DNA of 62,254 nucleotides from a virus: IMG/VR virus record IMGVR_UViG_3300045988_101293, positions 1 to 62,254 of that record; one strand, 5' to 3'. Shown piece by piece: positions 61,776 to 62,254 of this stretch (position 1 is its first letter; each line of letters starts with the position of its first letter). The notes under the pieces were generated by a model. It saw only the letters and a program-made list of their open reading frames with translations, ran no database searches and was not told where the DNA came from. The position numbers and the translations under genes were made by a program.

Positions 61776-62254
61776 TTAAAACTCGTCAGCAAGGATGCTC
61801 TCCACGTATTTAACCACGCGTTCGTATTCTCTTCCGCTTTCTTCGCTATCAGCATAAGCTTTCTTTATTAGCTCTTCACCATTGCCATAAAAGCAGCCTA
61901 CCTTCCACATCTTATTACTACGTGTCCACGTGAAATATCGTCCACTGCTCCACCAATTTTTGAATACAATGTAATCGCTATTTTTATAGACCTTAGCATC
62001 TCCACGGACCTCAGCTTTGCCATAGACCTTAGCATCGCAAAAGACAGAAGCATTGCCACAGACTTTAGCATTGTTATAAACCTTAGCATAGTCAAATACA
62101 TCAGCATTGCCATAGACAGAAGCATTGCCACAGACAGAAGCATTGTTATAAACCTTAGCATAGTCAAATACATCAGCATTGCCATAGACAGAAGCATTGC
62201 CACAGACAGAAGCATAGCCACGGACTTTAGCATCGCCACAGACCACAGCATTGC
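61776..62254 (-). CDS. Hexapeptide-repeat protein, C-terminal part (same gene as 1..432)
   Basis: About 28 consecutive six-residue repeats of type V-[YCR]-[GND]-[NDY]-A-[KES], then the globular tail FKNWWSSGRYFTWTRSNKMWKVGCFYGNGEELIKKAY. Confidence 0.7.
   Translation of the reverse strand, partial: NAVVCGDAKVRGYASVCGNASVYGNADVFDYAKVYNNASVCGNASVYGNADVFDYAKVYNNAKVCGNASVFCDAKVYGKAEVRGDAKVYKNSDYIVFKNWWSSGRYFTWTRSNKMWKVGCFYGNGEELIKKAYADSEESGREYERVVKYVESILADEF
62068..62211. repeat. Perfect 72-bp tandem duplication (62068..62139 and 62140..62211) inside the hexapeptide-repeat gene
   Basis: The two 72-nt units are identical. Each encodes 24 aa (ASVCGNASVYGNADVFDYAKVYNN). Confidence 0.9.
62130..62254. 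repeat. Terminal direct repeat (right copy), identical to 1..125
   Basis: Same comparison as the left copy. Confidence 0.95.

Larger units (their letters stand above)
1..62254. mobile_element. Complete temperate tailed-phage / excised-prophage genome, circularly closed, unique length about 62,129 bp; host probably Bacteroidota
   Basis: Terminal 125-nt identity. Terminase, portal, capsid, scaffold, lysis, recombination, repressor and tyrosine-integrase modules are all present. Bacteroidota-type TTTG/TAnnTTTG promoters. Confidence 0.8.

Noticed and set aside
1-62254. Genome-wide stop-codon reassignment (TAG to Gln as in some gut phages, or TAA reassignment)
   Set aside because: All three stops terminate well-defined genes. 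TAG ends the terminase (28448) and the giant ORF (36509). TAA ends the capsid gene (25329), the exonuclease gene and the RecT gene. TGA ends the portal gene (22840). Reading through them adds only short nonsense tails or runs into further stops. No tRNA with a CUA, UUA or UCA anticodon in a canonical loop could be folded.
61980-62254. Regular 18-nt DNA periodicity at both window ends as a possible CRISPR array
   Set aside because: There are no unique spacers. The periodicity is the coding repeat of a hexapeptide protein and is in frame throughout.

Overview
The window is an essentially complete temperate tailed-phage (or excised prophage) genome. The first 125 nt are identical to the last 125 nt, so it is circularly closed with a unique length of about 62,129 bp. 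Four plus-strand cassettes carry TTTG-N19-20-TAnnTTTG promoters and there is no obvious Shine-Dalgarno usage, which points to a Bacteroidota host. Nearly all genes lie on the minus strand. From high to low coordinates they run as follows: an early/accessory region rich in small genes and tandem paralogs (62.1-55.9 kb, wrapping to 7.9-0 kb); a PI-PLC-like phosphodiesterase; two low-complexity internal-virion-like proteins; one 16.7-kb ORF (5,574 aa) with a polyvalent multi-enzyme architecture; head and neck genes; large terminase; scaffold; major capsid; portal; four or five fibre-like proteins; and a lysis cassette. The wrapped early region encodes a RecT-like recombinase with a MutS-domain-I-like tail, a YqaJ-like exonuclease, and a replication initiator that contains iterons plus an AT-rich tract. 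Plus-strand islands hold lysogeny and moron functions: an HTH/S24-like repressor, a tyrosine integrase with a candidate attP, and three toxin-antitoxin-like cassettes. Those cassettes are HigBA, HicAB and a HEPN-like/acidic/SecB-like trio, all inserted antisense into late operons. Unusual points are: (1) the giant polyvalent ORF; (2) the tripartite TAC-like cassette; (3) four genes interrupted by an in-frame TAG, an in-frame TAA or a 1-nt frameshift while the 16.7-kb ORF stays intact; (4) two non-canonical tRNA-like elements; (5) a mini-gene that duplicates the capsid N-terminus. All functional calls come from reading motifs by eye; no database search was run.
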